Assembly: GCA_028291605.1 (NCBI GenBank)
Contig: JAQGHS010000921.1
Coordinates: 1-55,062, forward strand
Length of the DNA stretch: 55,062 bases
Reading direction: 5' to 3'
Origin: Planctomycetaceae bacterium
GTDB lineage: Bacteria; Planctomycetota; Planctomycetia; Planctomycetales; Planctomycetaceae
The notes below the pieces were generated by a model. The model searched no databases, was not told where the DNA came from, and saw only the letters and a list, made by a program, of their open reading frames with translations. The stretch's first letter is position 1; each line of letters begins with the position of its first letter. Shown in pieces: positions 1-9,433 of the stretch. The translations under genes and the position numbers were made by a program.

Positions 1-552
1 TTCTTCACGGACCCGGTTCAGGATGCGCGAAGCATTCACGTACACAGAGTTGACTGATACTCCCACTTCCGAGGCAATTTCCGCAGCCGGTCGTCCCGCC
101 AGGATTCGAGACTCAAAGCAGGCCCAGGTGACGGGGTGAGCGGTGGCTCGGACACGCTCGAGCACGACCTCCACAGTGCGGCGCCGATACAGACTATTCC
201 ATTCGCTGTCGGAATCACCGTCGTTCGCAGGCTGATGCAGTTCGACCCAGCCGCGTTCCGCCCGTCCGCGGGTGGAGTCACGACGGCCCCAATCGGCGAG
301 AGCGTTGGCAGTGACGCGCCACAGCCAGGTACGAAACCGCCCCCGTTGCGCGTCGAATTCAAATTGGGCCAAGGCCGGCACCAATCGCGAGAAGACATCC
401 TGGATGATATCCGCGGCATCATGTTCAGTGATTCCACGCTTGCGGACGTAGGCCAGCAGGAGCGGGTGGTACGTGGCAAAGAACTCATCCCAAGCAGAGG
501 AATCTGCGTTGTTACGCACGCGCTGAATCAGTGATATGCGGGTTTCAATCAT
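1..552 (-). CDS. ECF-type RNA polymerase sigma-70 family factor; the C-terminus runs off the window start
   Basis: Missing from the ORF track because it is open at the window edge. The reverse-strand frame from ATG 552-550 reads MIETRISLIQRVRNNADSSAWDEFFATYHPLLLAYVRKRGITEHDAADIIQDVFSRL...RFRTWLWRVTANALADWGRR...RPAAEIASEVGVSVNSVYVNASRILNRVREE, with no stop down to position 1. It shows region-2 and region-4 (HTH) signatures of ECF sigmas. Confidence 0.85.
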   Translation of the reverse strand, partial: MIETRISLIQRVRNNADSSAWDEFFATYHPLLLAYVRKRGITEHDAADIIQDVFSRLVPALAQFEFDAQRGRFRTWLWRVTANALADWGRRDSTRGRAERGWVELHQPANDGDSDSEWNSLYRRRTVEVVLERVRATAHPVTWACFESRILAGRPAAEIASEVGVSVNSVYVNASRILNRVREE

Positions 553-602
553 AAATTCTGAATCATCAACATGACGCGCGGCAATGAGGGCAATAACACT
601 CA

Positions 603-1880
603 TTACTTCGATGGGCGAACTGGTTCCACCACGGTCCCCTCGGGGATGTCGTCGCCGGGATGGACGACAACCGTTTCGCCGTCCTGTAGTCCCGCCAGCA
701 CCTGGACCTCAGCGCCATAGTCGCGTCCCAGTTCCACGTCCCGGTAGTGCACCCGGTGTTGGGCGTCCAGCACACCCACCCGCGGCCCTGTAGAGCGCGT
801 GGCGAGAGCTGAAGTCGGAATCATCAAGGAGGAAACCTTGCGGTCAAATATGAACTTGACCTGCAACTGCATCCCTGGCCGCAAGGCATTCGTGGGGTTG
901 GGCACCTCCACCTGCGTCAGCAGCGTCCGCGTGTTGAGATCCAACGCATCGGAGGTGCGCGTCACTTTCCCCGGATGTTGATTTTGCGGCTCATCCCGGC
1001 GGTAGACGGCAGCAGTCTGCCCCTTCTCGATGCTCGTGGCGAACACTTGCGGAACGTTGACAAACACGCGGAGAGTATCAGTCTGCATGATATGGAACAG
1101 CTCCCGTGCCGTGCTGTCGGCAGTGATCAGGTCTCCGATCTCGACGTGTCGCGCGGTGATGATTCCCGTGAACGGAGCAGTGATTCTCAAGAAGCTTTGC
1201 AGGTCGGCATACCGTCGTACTAATGCCTGATTGACGTCGATCGTGGCTTGGGAGTTCTCGACGCTGGCCGCAGTCGTATTGACGGTGGCTTGCTGCTCGT
1301 CGAGCAGTTGCTGGGCGATCGCGCCGGTGTTTTCTTTCTTAATGCTCTCATACCGCGCCAGGATGATTCTCGCCAAGGCGGCGTTGGCCTGGCTCAATTT
1401 GAGAGTCGCCCGTGCTTGTTCCACGTTGGCCCGGGCCTGGGTCAACTGGTCGTCGATATCCGGAGCGACGATCACGGCCAGCAACTGGCCGGCCTGGACG
1501 TGGTCTCCGATATCGACCAGCCTCTGGCTCAGAAAGCCGGTTGAGCGAGCGTACATGGCGGCTTCCTTCCAGGGGAGACTATTGCCGGGCAGGATTCGCT
1601 CAGCCGCGGGCTCCAATTTTCGGACGACTGCGACAGTGACCCGCGGTCGCCGGGCGGCGACCTGAGTCGCGCGGGCGTCCAGCTTTTTTTGCTGGGCGAT
1701 CCGCGGCAGGGTCCCCGCTGCCAGCGCTGCAGCCAGGAGGATGACGACCAAGGAGCCGCTCACCAGGATCCGGGTTCCCGCCCGCCTCCGGCTTTCGTCT
1801 TCCGGCGACCCGGGTCCAGGGGGCGCGGGGGCCGGGCGGATGCGTTCAGTTGTGACATTCGTAGTGACAGCATCGGTCAT
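603..1880 (-). CDS. efflux RND transporter periplasmic adaptor (membrane-fusion protein, HlyD/AcrA family)
   Basis: 425-aa ORF with an N-terminal membrane anchor (ILVSGSLVVILLAAALAAG), then the coiled-coil and barrel-sandwich layout typical of MFPs. Its ATG overlaps the stop of the upstream permease (ATGA at 1877-1880). Confidence 0.85.
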   Translation of the reverse strand: MTDAVTTNVTTERIRPAPAPPGPGSPEDESRRRAGTRILVSGSLVVILLAAALAAGTLPRIAQQKKLDARATQVAARRPRVTVAVVRKLEPAAERILPGNSLPWKEAAMYARSTGFLSQRLVDIGDHVQAGQLLAVIVAPDIDDQLTQARANVEQARATLKLSQANAALARIILARYESIKKENTGAIAQQLLDEQQATVNTTAASVENSQATIDVNQALVRRYADLQSFLRITAPFTGIITARHVEIGDLITADSTARELFHIMQTDTLRVFVNVPQVFATSIEKGQTAAVYRRDEPQNQHPGKVTRTSDALDLNTRTLLTQVEVPNPTNALRPGMQLQVKFIFDRKVSSLMIPTSALATRSTGPRVGVLDAQHRVHYRDVELGRDYGAEVQVLAGLQDGETVVVHPGDDIPEGTVVEPVRPSK

Positions 1881-4800
1881 GGTAGAGCCTTCCCGGTGAC
1901 GAGTGTTGAATGCGTGTGCGTGAGGTCGGCGTCATCGTCATCGTCCTCCGGTTCTGCTGCCGGTGCCTTGCGGCGGAGCAGGCTGTACATCACGGGCACG
2001 AAGAACAGCGTGTAGGACGTGGCCATCAGCAACCCGCCGATGACCGCCCGACCCAGCGGGGCATTTTGCTCACCACCCTCGCCCAGCCCCAGGGACATCG
2101 GCAGCATACCGATGATCATGGCCAGGGCCGTCATCAGCACCGGTCGCAGCCGGGTCGCCCCGGCCGACAGGGCCGCGCTGCGGGCATCGTGTCCCGCGCG
2201 CCGCTGATCGTTGGCGAAGGTCACCATCAGGATACTGTTGGACGTGGCCACGCCGATGCACATGATCGCTCCCATTAAGGCTGGCACACTGATGGTCGTG
2301 CCGGTGGTGTAGAGCATCCAAAGGATGCCGGCCACTGCCCCGGGGAGGGCCGTCAAAATGATGAACGGATCGAGCCACGACTGGAAGTTCACCACCATGA
2401 GGAGATAGACGAGCAGCACGGCAAATACCAGCCCCGTCGCCAGGCCGAGGAAAGAGCTGTTCATGCTCTCCACCTGGCCGCGCACGACAATCGAACTGCC
2501 GCGCGGCAATTCTGGCCGGGTCGCGTCCACGATCCGTTGCACGTCAGCCGAGACTGCACCGAGGTCGCGCCCCTGGACGTTCGCGTACACGTCGTAAACC
2601 GGCTGAACATTGTAGTGATTGACATTCGCCGGCTGTGTGCCACGGCTCAGGAGTGCAAGGTTGGCCAGCAGTTGGGGCTGCGGCGCTGTCGCTCCTGTTC
2701 CGCCCGCAGTCGGGGGAGTTTGGGACGAAGCGGGTGAGGACGAGGTCTGCGCTTTAACGATGGGCGTCGTCAGTAGCGTGTCCACGGAGTTGATAGCATA
2801 TTGCGGAGACTGCACGGCCACGCGGTAATTGACCCGATTCGTCGGATTGACCCAGAAGTTGGGTGATACCTGAGTGGTGGAGCTGAGTGATACCAGCATA
2901 CTGCCAGCCACGTCCTGTTGGGTCAGTCCCAATTGGGACGCCAGGATGCGATCGACGTTCAGGTGGAGGTTCGGTAAGTCGGTGATCTGATGGAGGTGGA
3001 CATCAGCGATGCCGGAAACCTGGGCGATTTTCTGGCGGAGTTTCTGAGCCACGCCGAGATTGCCCTCGCGGTTGACGCCCACGACCTGGACGTCGATCGG
3101 GGCGGGGAGGCCGAAGTCCAGGATCTGGCTGGTGATGTCGGCTGGTTCGAAGAAGAACGTGCAGCCCGGGAACCGATGCGGCAATTCGTCGCGCAGTCGG
3201 GCGACGTAATCTGCAGTCGGGCGGTGGGCCGTCTTGAGCGCCACCAGGATCTCACCGTCGGAGTTGCTGACGGTGCCGTTATCAACGTACGCCATGATCG
3301 TGAAGGATTGCGTCAGCCCGATGTTATCGAGGATCAGCGCCCGGTCGGTGTCGGGGACCACCTCGCGGATGACGTCTTCGACCTGACCGAAGATCCGCTC
3401 TGTCTCCTCAATGCGCGTTCCCGACGGGGTTCGGACATGCAGCCGGAACTGCCCGGCGTCCACGCTCGGAAAGAAATCCTGACCGATCCGGGGAAACAAC
3501 AGGAGAGAGCATGCGGCGAAGCCGAGCAGAACGGTCACCGTGACGAGGCGGTTGTCGAGAGCCCAGTCGAGCACGCCGTGATACGCCAGTCGCATCCGCT
3601 CGAAGCTGCGGTTGAAGGCATCGTGGAGCAGGGACGGATGCCGCAGGACGGACCACAGCGTGAGTCGTGGGTGCGTCTGCTCTCCTGCCTCGGCTCGGGC
3701 TTCGGCCTCGATTTCTTTTGGCAGCAGGTACAGCACCATGGTTGGTACAAGTGTGCGAGACAGGAAGTAGGACGCCAGCATGGCGAAGACGACCGCCAGG
3801 GCCAGCGGCGTGAACAGGTAGGCGGCCGGCCCGGTCAGGAACACCACCGGGACGAACACGATGCAGATGGCGAGCGTCGAGACAAACGCCGGCGCCGCGA
3901 TCTGGGCAGCCCCGTCCAGGATCGCCCGGCGGATCGGTTTTTTCATGGCCAGATTACGGTGGACGTTCTCAATCTCGACCGTAGCATCGTCCACTAAGAT
4001 ACCAACTGCCAGGGCCAGTCCGCCCAAGGTCATTGTGTTGAGCGAATAACCCATGGCTCCCAGGACGATGATCGACGCAAGGATCGACAGGGGGATCGAT
4101 GTGGCGACAATGACGGTACTTCGCCACGAGCCCAGGAACAGCAGAATCATGAGCGCCGTGAGGCCGGCAGCGATGGCCCCTTCCTTGAGGACGCCATCGA
4201 CGGCCGCTTTGACGAACACCGACTGGTCAAACAGGGGCTCCAGCTTCAGTTCCGGTGGGAGCTGTGCCTGGATTCGGGGCAGCGCCGCGAGCACGTTGTT
4301 GACCACGCTGATGGTCGAAGCTCCCTCGCCCTTGAGGATCGTCATGAGCACCGCACGCCGGCCATCGCGGCGGACAATGTTGGTCTGTACCGCAAAGCCA
4401 TCCGCCACGTGGGCGACGTTCTTCACGTAGATCGGAACACCGTTGACGGTCCGAATCGGAATGTCGTTGAAAGCTTCGACGACGTCTGGACTGCTGTTGA
4501 CTTTGACGTTGTATTCCTGAGCCCCGATCTTGGCGGTCCCGGCCGGGATGATCAGGTTCTGATTCGTGATGGCGGTGCTGACGTCAGAGGGCGACAGGCC
4601 TAGACTGTACAAGGCGTCGGGATCAAGGTTGACCATGATCTGGCGCTGCTTACCGCCCCAGGGGTTGGGCACCCGCGCCCCTTGTACGGTGCCGAGCTGC
4701 TGGATGACGAAGTTCTGGCAGTAGTCGAGAATCTGCTGCTCACTCAGGGTGTCGCTACTGACGGCGATTTGCACGATGGGCACGCTAGTGGCACTGTAGC

Positions 4801-5191
4801 GGACGATGTACGGCGGAGTGATACCTGGCGGCATGAGTTTGAGAAGCGTCTGGCAGGTGGCGGTCACCTGGGCCTCGGCCTCGGCGATGTTGGCGCCTGG
4901 CTGGAAGTAGGTGCGGATTACGGCCACCCCATCGAGAGACTGGCTCTCGATGTGCTCGATATCGTTGACCGAGGCTGTGAGTATGCGCTCATTGATATAG
5001 ACAATCCGCGTCTCGATCTCGTCGGACGGCATTCCGGTGTACTGCCAGACTATGCTGACGACGGGGATGTCAATCTGCGGGAAGATGTCCGTGGACATGC
5101 GGATGATGGACACTGCTCCGAGTCCCGCGATGAGCACGGCTACCACAACGAATGTGTAGGGGCGCCGCAGCGCCAGTCGTACGATCCACAT
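1877..5191 (-). CDS. efflux RND transporter permease (AcrB/AcrD/AcrF family)
   Basis: 1104-aa ORF starting MWIVRLALRRPYTFVVVAVLIAGLG. It has the two-fold repeated TM and large-loop architecture of RND pumps. AGGAGG lies about 10 nt upstream of the ATG. Confidence 0.92.
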   Translation of the reverse strand: MWIVRLALRRPYTFVVVAVLIAGLGAVSIIRMSTDIFPQIDIPVVSIVWQYTGMPSDEIETRIVYINERILTASVNDIEHIESQSLDGVAVIRTYFQPGANIAEAEAQVTATCQTLLKLMPPGITPPYIVRYSATSVPIVQIAVSSDTLSEQQILDYCQNFVIQQLGTVQGARVPNPWGGKQRQIMVNLDPDALYSLGLSPSDVSTAITNQNLIIPAGTAKIGAQEYNVKVNSSPDVVEAFNDIPIRTVNGVPIYVKNVAHVADGFAVQTNIVRRDGRRAVLMTILKGEGASTISVVNNVLAALPRIQAQLPPELKLEPLFDQSVFVKAAVDGVLKEGAIAAGLTALMILLFLGSWRSTVIVATSIPLSILASIIVLGAMGYSLNTMTLGGLALAVGILVDDATVEIENVHRNLAMKKPIRRAILDGAAQIAAPAFVSTLAICIVFVPVVFLTGPAAYLFTPLALAVVFAMLASYFLSRTLVPTMVLYLLPKEIEAEARAEAGEQTHPRLTLWSVLRHPSLLHDAFNRSFERMRLAYHGVLDWALDNRLVTVTVLLGFAACSLLLFPRIGQDFFPSVDAGQFRLHVRTPSGTRIEETERIFGQVEDVIREVVPDTDRALILDNIGLTQSFTIMAYVDNGTVSNSDGEILVALKTAHRPTADYVARLRDELPHRFPGCTFFFEPADITSQILDFGLPAPIDVQVVGVNREGNLGVAQKLRQKIAQVSGIADVHLHQITDLPNLHLNVDRILASQLGLTQQDVAGSMLVSLSSTTQVSPNFWVNPTNRVNYRVAVQSPQYAINSVDTLLTTPIVKAQTSSSPASSQTPPTAGGTGATAPQPQLLANLALLSRGTQPANVNHYNVQPVYDVYANVQGRDLGAVSADVQRIVDATRPELPRGSSIVVRGQVESMNSSFLGLATGLVFAVLLVYLLMVVNFQSWLDPFIILTALPGAVAGILWMLYTTGTTISVPALMGAIMCIGVATSNSILMVTFANDQRRAGHDARSAALSAGATRLRPVLMTALAMIIGMLPMSLGLGEGGEQNAPLGRAVIGGLLMATSYTLFFVPVMYSLLRRKAPAAEPEDDDDDADLTHTHSTLVTGKALP

Positions 5192-5948
5192 ATGCTAGCG
5201 GCCTCCTGCCGGGAATGTGTCCGCAAACTGTGGCTTGCTGTTCGTACGATTCGTACCCATACCGCGCGTGCGCAAATGAGCGTCCGCCCCAGCCGGTTGG
5301 CTGCTGCGGCGGCTCGCTGGGTCGGAATACAATACGCAATTGACCTTCGACATGGCTCATACTCCTAATCGGCTTTTCTGAGTTGTCTTCAATCTCATGC
5401 GATACTTCGCCAGGCCCACAACAGCGGTTCTCACTTCGTTGGATGAACTCAGTAACCGGGTTGTGCAACAGGCGTGCCGAAGAAGTGGCGACGAAGGTTG
5501 TGGTCGTCATCGCGAAGGGAACCGATCATCAGATGTTGATCCTAGCTCAGGTGTTTCGTCGAGAGGTGGGAGTTTCTCAGCGGGGCTTAACACCTTCGCG
5601 CCGCGAACGCAGGGGCCAGTCCGGCCACAATCGGCAAGTGGCAAAAAATGAGGCAGTCGACTCGAAATCGGTTCGCGAAGGCGTTAGTGCAATTGGCTGT
5701 GAGATGAAAAGTCTGGATGTCGTCAAACAGGGTTAGAATTCCGTCGAAACACCCGATACACGCGATACCACCCGATCGCCAGTGGGCTCGGCTCCGCCGT
5801 TTCCTGGGGTTCGTACGGGATTGACCCATGATTCCATCCGCCCTGTTGTGTGCATAACACGGCGGCGGTTGCTCACGGGGTCTCGGTGCTCTCGATTGAG
5901 ACAAGCACATAGGCCTCCGGGAAGTCAATCCCTTTGGCAAAGTTGGGG

Positions 5949-6434
5949 CTAAGGTTCCGCATCCGAGTTGGACTTATTGCCCAGTTGGCTGCCCAATGTC
6001 TCGAGAACCGCATTGAGAGCAGACAGACCCCGACGGCTATCCTTGCTCCGCAGCAGTTGTGTTGCCAATTTCCACAGAGGTGGGGGCTCACGTTGCGCAG
6101 AGATCGCCTTCAATGCTTTGGGAACCGTGCCAGTCAACGCCTGCAGTTGTGCGGGGTCGATTGCTCCCAGCATGTTGATCACCAGCAACAGGTTTCGGAT
6201 GCTACGGAGTGACTGCGGGGATTGGGCCGCATCCACAGCGATTTCCAGGACGTCGCCGCTGGAGCCAAGCAGTCCCCGCAGAAACTCCAACACACCGTGG
6301 TCATGCAGACCCTGCAGCACTTCGTATGCGGCTAAGATTGCCTCCGCGTGTTCTGCCGGGGCTGCTTGCAGTCGCGACTGCAGCACCTGACGCGGATCGC
6401 GTTTCGGCAACGCCATGGGAATGGGCTGGGCCAT
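5949..6434 (-). CDS. DUF1641 domain protein (the YrhD-like partner of FdhA-type formate dehydrogenases)
   Basis: 161 aa with GVLEFLRGLLGSSGDVLEIAVDAAQSPQSLRSIRNLLLVINMLGAIDP, typical of DUF1641. It starts 3 nt after the FDH stop, and the last FDH codons (AGGAAGGAGTAA) supply its SD. Confidence 0.8.
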   Translation of the reverse strand: MAQPIPMALPKRDPRQVLQSRLQAAPAEHAEAILAAYEVLQGLHDHGVLEFLRGLLGSSGDVLEIAVDAAQSPQSLRSIRNLLLVINMLGAIDPAQLQALTGTVPKALKAISAQREPPPLWKLATQLLRSKDSRRGLSALNAVLETLGSQLGNKSNSDAEP

Positions 6435-6437
6435 CGC

Positions 6438-9395
6438 TTACTCCTTCCTCTGAGTGATTTCGAGCTGTACCAACTGCGGCCCGGGGAGCGCATAGTCGTC
6501 TCGCCGCCACTTCCGTTCGACTTCGACTCCGCGCTGGGGAGTGGGATGGCCGAACCGGTGGTTGATTCGAGGCAATGGACTCTCACCAGTCGCCGACAGG
6601 ATCTGCATTCGAACGGCGGCTTCCTTATAGGCCGGGGTATGCGTCACCGGGTCTGTGTGGCTGCCAATCAATCGATTGACTGGCGACTCAGTGGAATTCA
6701 TGGGCATATAGATCTGCTTTCCCTGAACCCGAGTGGTGACGAGGGCGCGAACGAAGACCTTTCCGTACCGCGAGATCAGTTCCACTCGAGCGCCGCTTTG
6801 AATGCCGCGTTCGGTTGCGAGTTCAGGAGACACTTCGACAAACACATCGGGAGTCTTCTGCCGAATGCCAGGAATCCGGTAGGTCAGATTGCCTTCATGA
6901 AAGTGCTCAAGGAGGTTGCCATTGTTGAGATGCAGATCGAACTCCGCATCAGGTTGATCGACAGGCTCGTTCCACGCCACGGGATGCAGCCGAGCCTTTC
7001 CGTCGGGGAACGGGAACTGCTTGGTAAACAGCAGCGGTTGATCCGAACCATCTGCCGCGACGGGCCACTGGAGCGACTGATATCCCTCGAGTCGCTCGTA
7101 AGTGACGCCGGCAAACAGGGGGGTCAACGCGGCGATCTCCTGCATGATTTCTGAAGGATGTTGATAGGTCCAATGTGCCCCGAGTTGGTTCGCCACGTCG
7201 CGAATAATTTGCCAGTCGGGACGGCTGCCGGCGAGTGGATCAAACACCTGATAGAGCCGCTGTATTCGGCGCTCTGTACTGGTGAAAGTCCCTTCCTTCT
7301 CTAGGCTGGGTGCGGCCGGCAGCACGACATCCGCAAACTCGCAGGTGTGGCTGAAGAAGATGTCCTGGACAACGAAGAAGTCCAGCTTGCTGAATGCATC
7401 CTGGACATAGTTCGCGTTGGAATCAACGAGACTCATTTCTTCGCCAAAGAGATACATGGCTTTGAGTTTGCCGTCGTGAATCGCGTCAACCATCTGGTGG
7501 TTATCGAGCCCCGGAGTCGACGGTAGCGTGACTCCCCAAGCGGCTGTGAACCGGCTGCGAACTTCTGGATCGTCGACAGATTGATAGCCCGGCAGAGTAT
7601 TTGGCATGGCGCCGTGATCACTGGCGCCTTGCACGTTGTTGTGTCCCCGTAACGGATACGCCCCGGCTCCCGCCCGCATGTAGTTGCCGGTGATCAGCAG
7701 CAGGTTCGATATGGCAGTCGATGTGTCCGACGCCATCGTGTGCTGCGTGACCCCCATCGCCCACAGAATGCACACGCCGTCGGCGTCCGCAATCATGTGT
7801 GCGACGCTCTTCAAAGTGTCAGCAGGTATTCCGCAAAGTTGCTCGGCAACCTCCAAAGTGAAGAAGTCCACGCTCTTCCGGTAGTCGTCCAGACCATGCA
7901 CCCAGCGATCGAGGAACTCCTGCTGCACTCGCCCCTGTTCCAGCAGATACCGGCTGATGGCCGACAACCACACCAGGTCGGTGCCTGGACGGGGCCGCAA
8001 GAAAACGTCCGCGCGGTGCGCCATTTCATGTTCGCGAATGTCGGCCACGACCAACTTCTGACCGCGCAGCTTATGAGCACTTTTCACACGCGTGGCGAGG
8101 ACGGGGTGACTCTCTGCCGTATTGCTGCCGATGATCAGAACCAGGCCGGCTTGGGCAATATCGGTAATCGAACCTGAGTCTCCGCCATACCCTACCGTGC
8201 GGAACAAACCCATCGTGGCGGGCGCCTGACAGTAGCGCGAGCAGTTGTCTATGTTATTCGTCCCGATGACCGCCCGTGCCAGCTTTTGCATCAGATAGCT
8301 TTCCTCGTTCGTGCACTTGGACGAGGAGATAAATCCGAGCGAGTCCGAGCCGTGCTGAGACTTGATCTCGGACAGGCGGCGGCCAATCAATTGCAGGGCT
8401 TCCTCCCAGCTCGCTTCACGGAACTTGCCCCCCTCGCGGATGAGTGGCGATGTCAGGCGATCGGTGCTGTTGACGAAGTCCCACCCAAACTTGCCTTTGA
8501 TACAAGTCGAGATGCCATTCGTCGGTCCCGCTTCGGGTGCGATCTTGAGGATCTGCCGATCCTTCGTCCAGACATCAAAGCTGCAACCGACGCCGCAGTA
8601 CGTGCAGACAGTCTTGGTCTTGCGAATCCGGGAGGTCCGCATCGCCGCTTCGGCCTCGGACACCTTCATGATGGCTCCGTATCCCGCCTCGGGTTCGACC
8701 GCTTTGACGACATCGATCATGCCGGCCAAGGCTTTTTTCGGCAGGGCCGAAAGAAATCCGGCGTGCCCTATCATCGCTTTTTCCATCAACGCATTGCACG
8801 GGCAAACCGTCACGCAATGGCCGCAGGACACGCAACTCGATTCGCCGATTGTTGAGCCGCCGTCCCATAACACCCGTGGATGTTCGGCATCCCAGTTAAT
8901 GGACAAGGTCTCATTGACCTGGACGTTCTGACACACTTCGACGCACCTGCCGCAAAGCACACACTGGTTGGGATCGTAGCGGTAGAACGGGTTGGTTTCG
9001 TCGACTTCGTAGGGCTTGTTTTGAAACGGAGTCTGTTGATGCTCGACCGCCAGCATCTTCGTCGTATTGTGAATCGTGCAGTTACCATTGTTGTTGTCGC
9101 AGACCGTGCAATACAGCATATGGTTGCCGAGCAGCCGATCGAACGCTTCGCGCTGAGCAGCCTGCGCGACATTGGATATCGTTGAGACCTGCATGCCCGA
9201 GTGAACCACGGCGGCACAGCCCCTGACGAGTTTCCCGTCCACTTCGACCATGCACGTGTCGCACGTTTGCAGCGGCCCGAGTTGCGGGTGGTAGCAGACG
9301 GCCGGCAGTTCGACTTCCGCCCGCTGGATGACGTCGATCAGCGGCTCACCAGGCTGGGCTGTCTGCTGCACGCCATTGAGTGTTATTACGGCCAT
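6438..9395 (-). CDS. fdhF: formate dehydrogenase alpha subunit (molybdopterin oxidoreductase with an N-terminal 2Fe-2S and 4Fe-4S ferredoxin module)
   Basis: 985 aa. The N-terminus has 2Fe-2S and 4Fe-4S Cys clusters (CYHPQLGPLQTCDTCMVEV; CVLCGRCVEVC; CVSCGHCVTVCPC). A MopB domain follows, with CTYCGVGCSF and the active-site region NCSRYCQAP, where Cys occupies the Sec/Cys position. The ORF is uninterrupted, so there is no in-frame TGA. Confidence 0.93.
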   Translation of the reverse strand: MAVITLNGVQQTAQPGEPLIDVIQRAEVELPAVCYHPQLGPLQTCDTCMVEVDGKLVRGCAAVVHSGMQVSTISNVAQAAQREAFDRLLGNHMLYCTVCDNNNGNCTIHNTTKMLAVEHQQTPFQNKPYEVDETNPFYRYDPNQCVLCGRCVEVCQNVQVNETLSINWDAEHPRVLWDGGSTIGESSCVSCGHCVTVCPCNALMEKAMIGHAGFLSALPKKALAGMIDVVKAVEPEAGYGAIMKVSEAEAAMRTSRIRKTKTVCTYCGVGCSFDVWTKDRQILKIAPEAGPTNGISTCIKGKFGWDFVNSTDRLTSPLIREGGKFREASWEEALQLIGRRLSEIKSQHGSDSLGFISSSKCTNEESYLMQKLARAVIGTNNIDNCSRYCQAPATMGLFRTVGYGGDSGSITDIAQAGLVLIIGSNTAESHPVLATRVKSAHKLRGQKLVVADIREHEMAHRADVFLRPRPGTDLVWLSAISRYLLEQGRVQQEFLDRWVHGLDDYRKSVDFFTLEVAEQLCGIPADTLKSVAHMIADADGVCILWAMGVTQHTMASDTSTAISNLLLITGNYMRAGAGAYPLRGHNNVQGASDHGAMPNTLPGYQSVDDPEVRSRFTAAWGVTLPSTPGLDNHQMVDAIHDGKLKAMYLFGEEMSLVDSNANYVQDAFSKLDFFVVQDIFFSHTCEFADVVLPAAPSLEKEGTFTSTERRIQRLYQVFDPLAGSRPDWQIIRDVANQLGAHWTYQHPSEIMQEIAALTPLFAGVTYERLEGYQSLQWPVAADGSDQPLLFTKQFPFPDGKARLHPVAWNEPVDQPDAEFDLHLNNGNLLEHFHEGNLTYRIPGIRQKTPDVFVEVSPELATERGIQSGARVELISRYGKVFVRALVTTRVQGKQIYMPMNSTESPVNRLIGSHTDPVTHTPAYKEAAVRMQILSATGESPLPRINHRFGHPTPQRGVEVERKWRRDDYALPGPQLVQLEITQRKE

Positions 9396-9433
9396 TGTCG
9401 ATCATCCTTTACAAATTCAATCCACGACCCTTA

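Noticed and set aside
2990-3997. 335-aa plus-strand ORF inside the RND permease gene, along with many other ORFs at 1900-5370 on the opposite strand or in other frames.
   Set aside because: It is antisense to a confidently identified 1104-aa pump gene. The composition is Arg/Asp/Gly/His-rich and low in complexity, as expected for shadow ORFs in G+C-rich coding DNA. There is no SD and no family resemblance.
5587-5940. 117-aa minus-strand ORF directly after the DUF1641 stop, a possible small Cys-rich protein (…GIACIGCFDGILTLFDD…).
   Set aside because: It has no SD, an Arg/Pro-rich N-terminal half and no family resemblance. I kept it only as part of the 'unexplained 757-bp gap' finding.
6348-7154. 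268-aa plus-strand ORF overlapping the 3' part of the formate dehydrogenase gene.
   Set aside because: It is a shadow ORF antisense to a very well supported gene, and no protein-family features are recognisable.
6438-9395. Possible selenocysteine (in-frame TGA) in the formate dehydrogenase.
   Set aside because: The ORF is continuous over 985 codons, and the active-site stretch reads NCSRYCQAP with Cys. It is therefore a Cys-type enzyme, and no recoding is needed.
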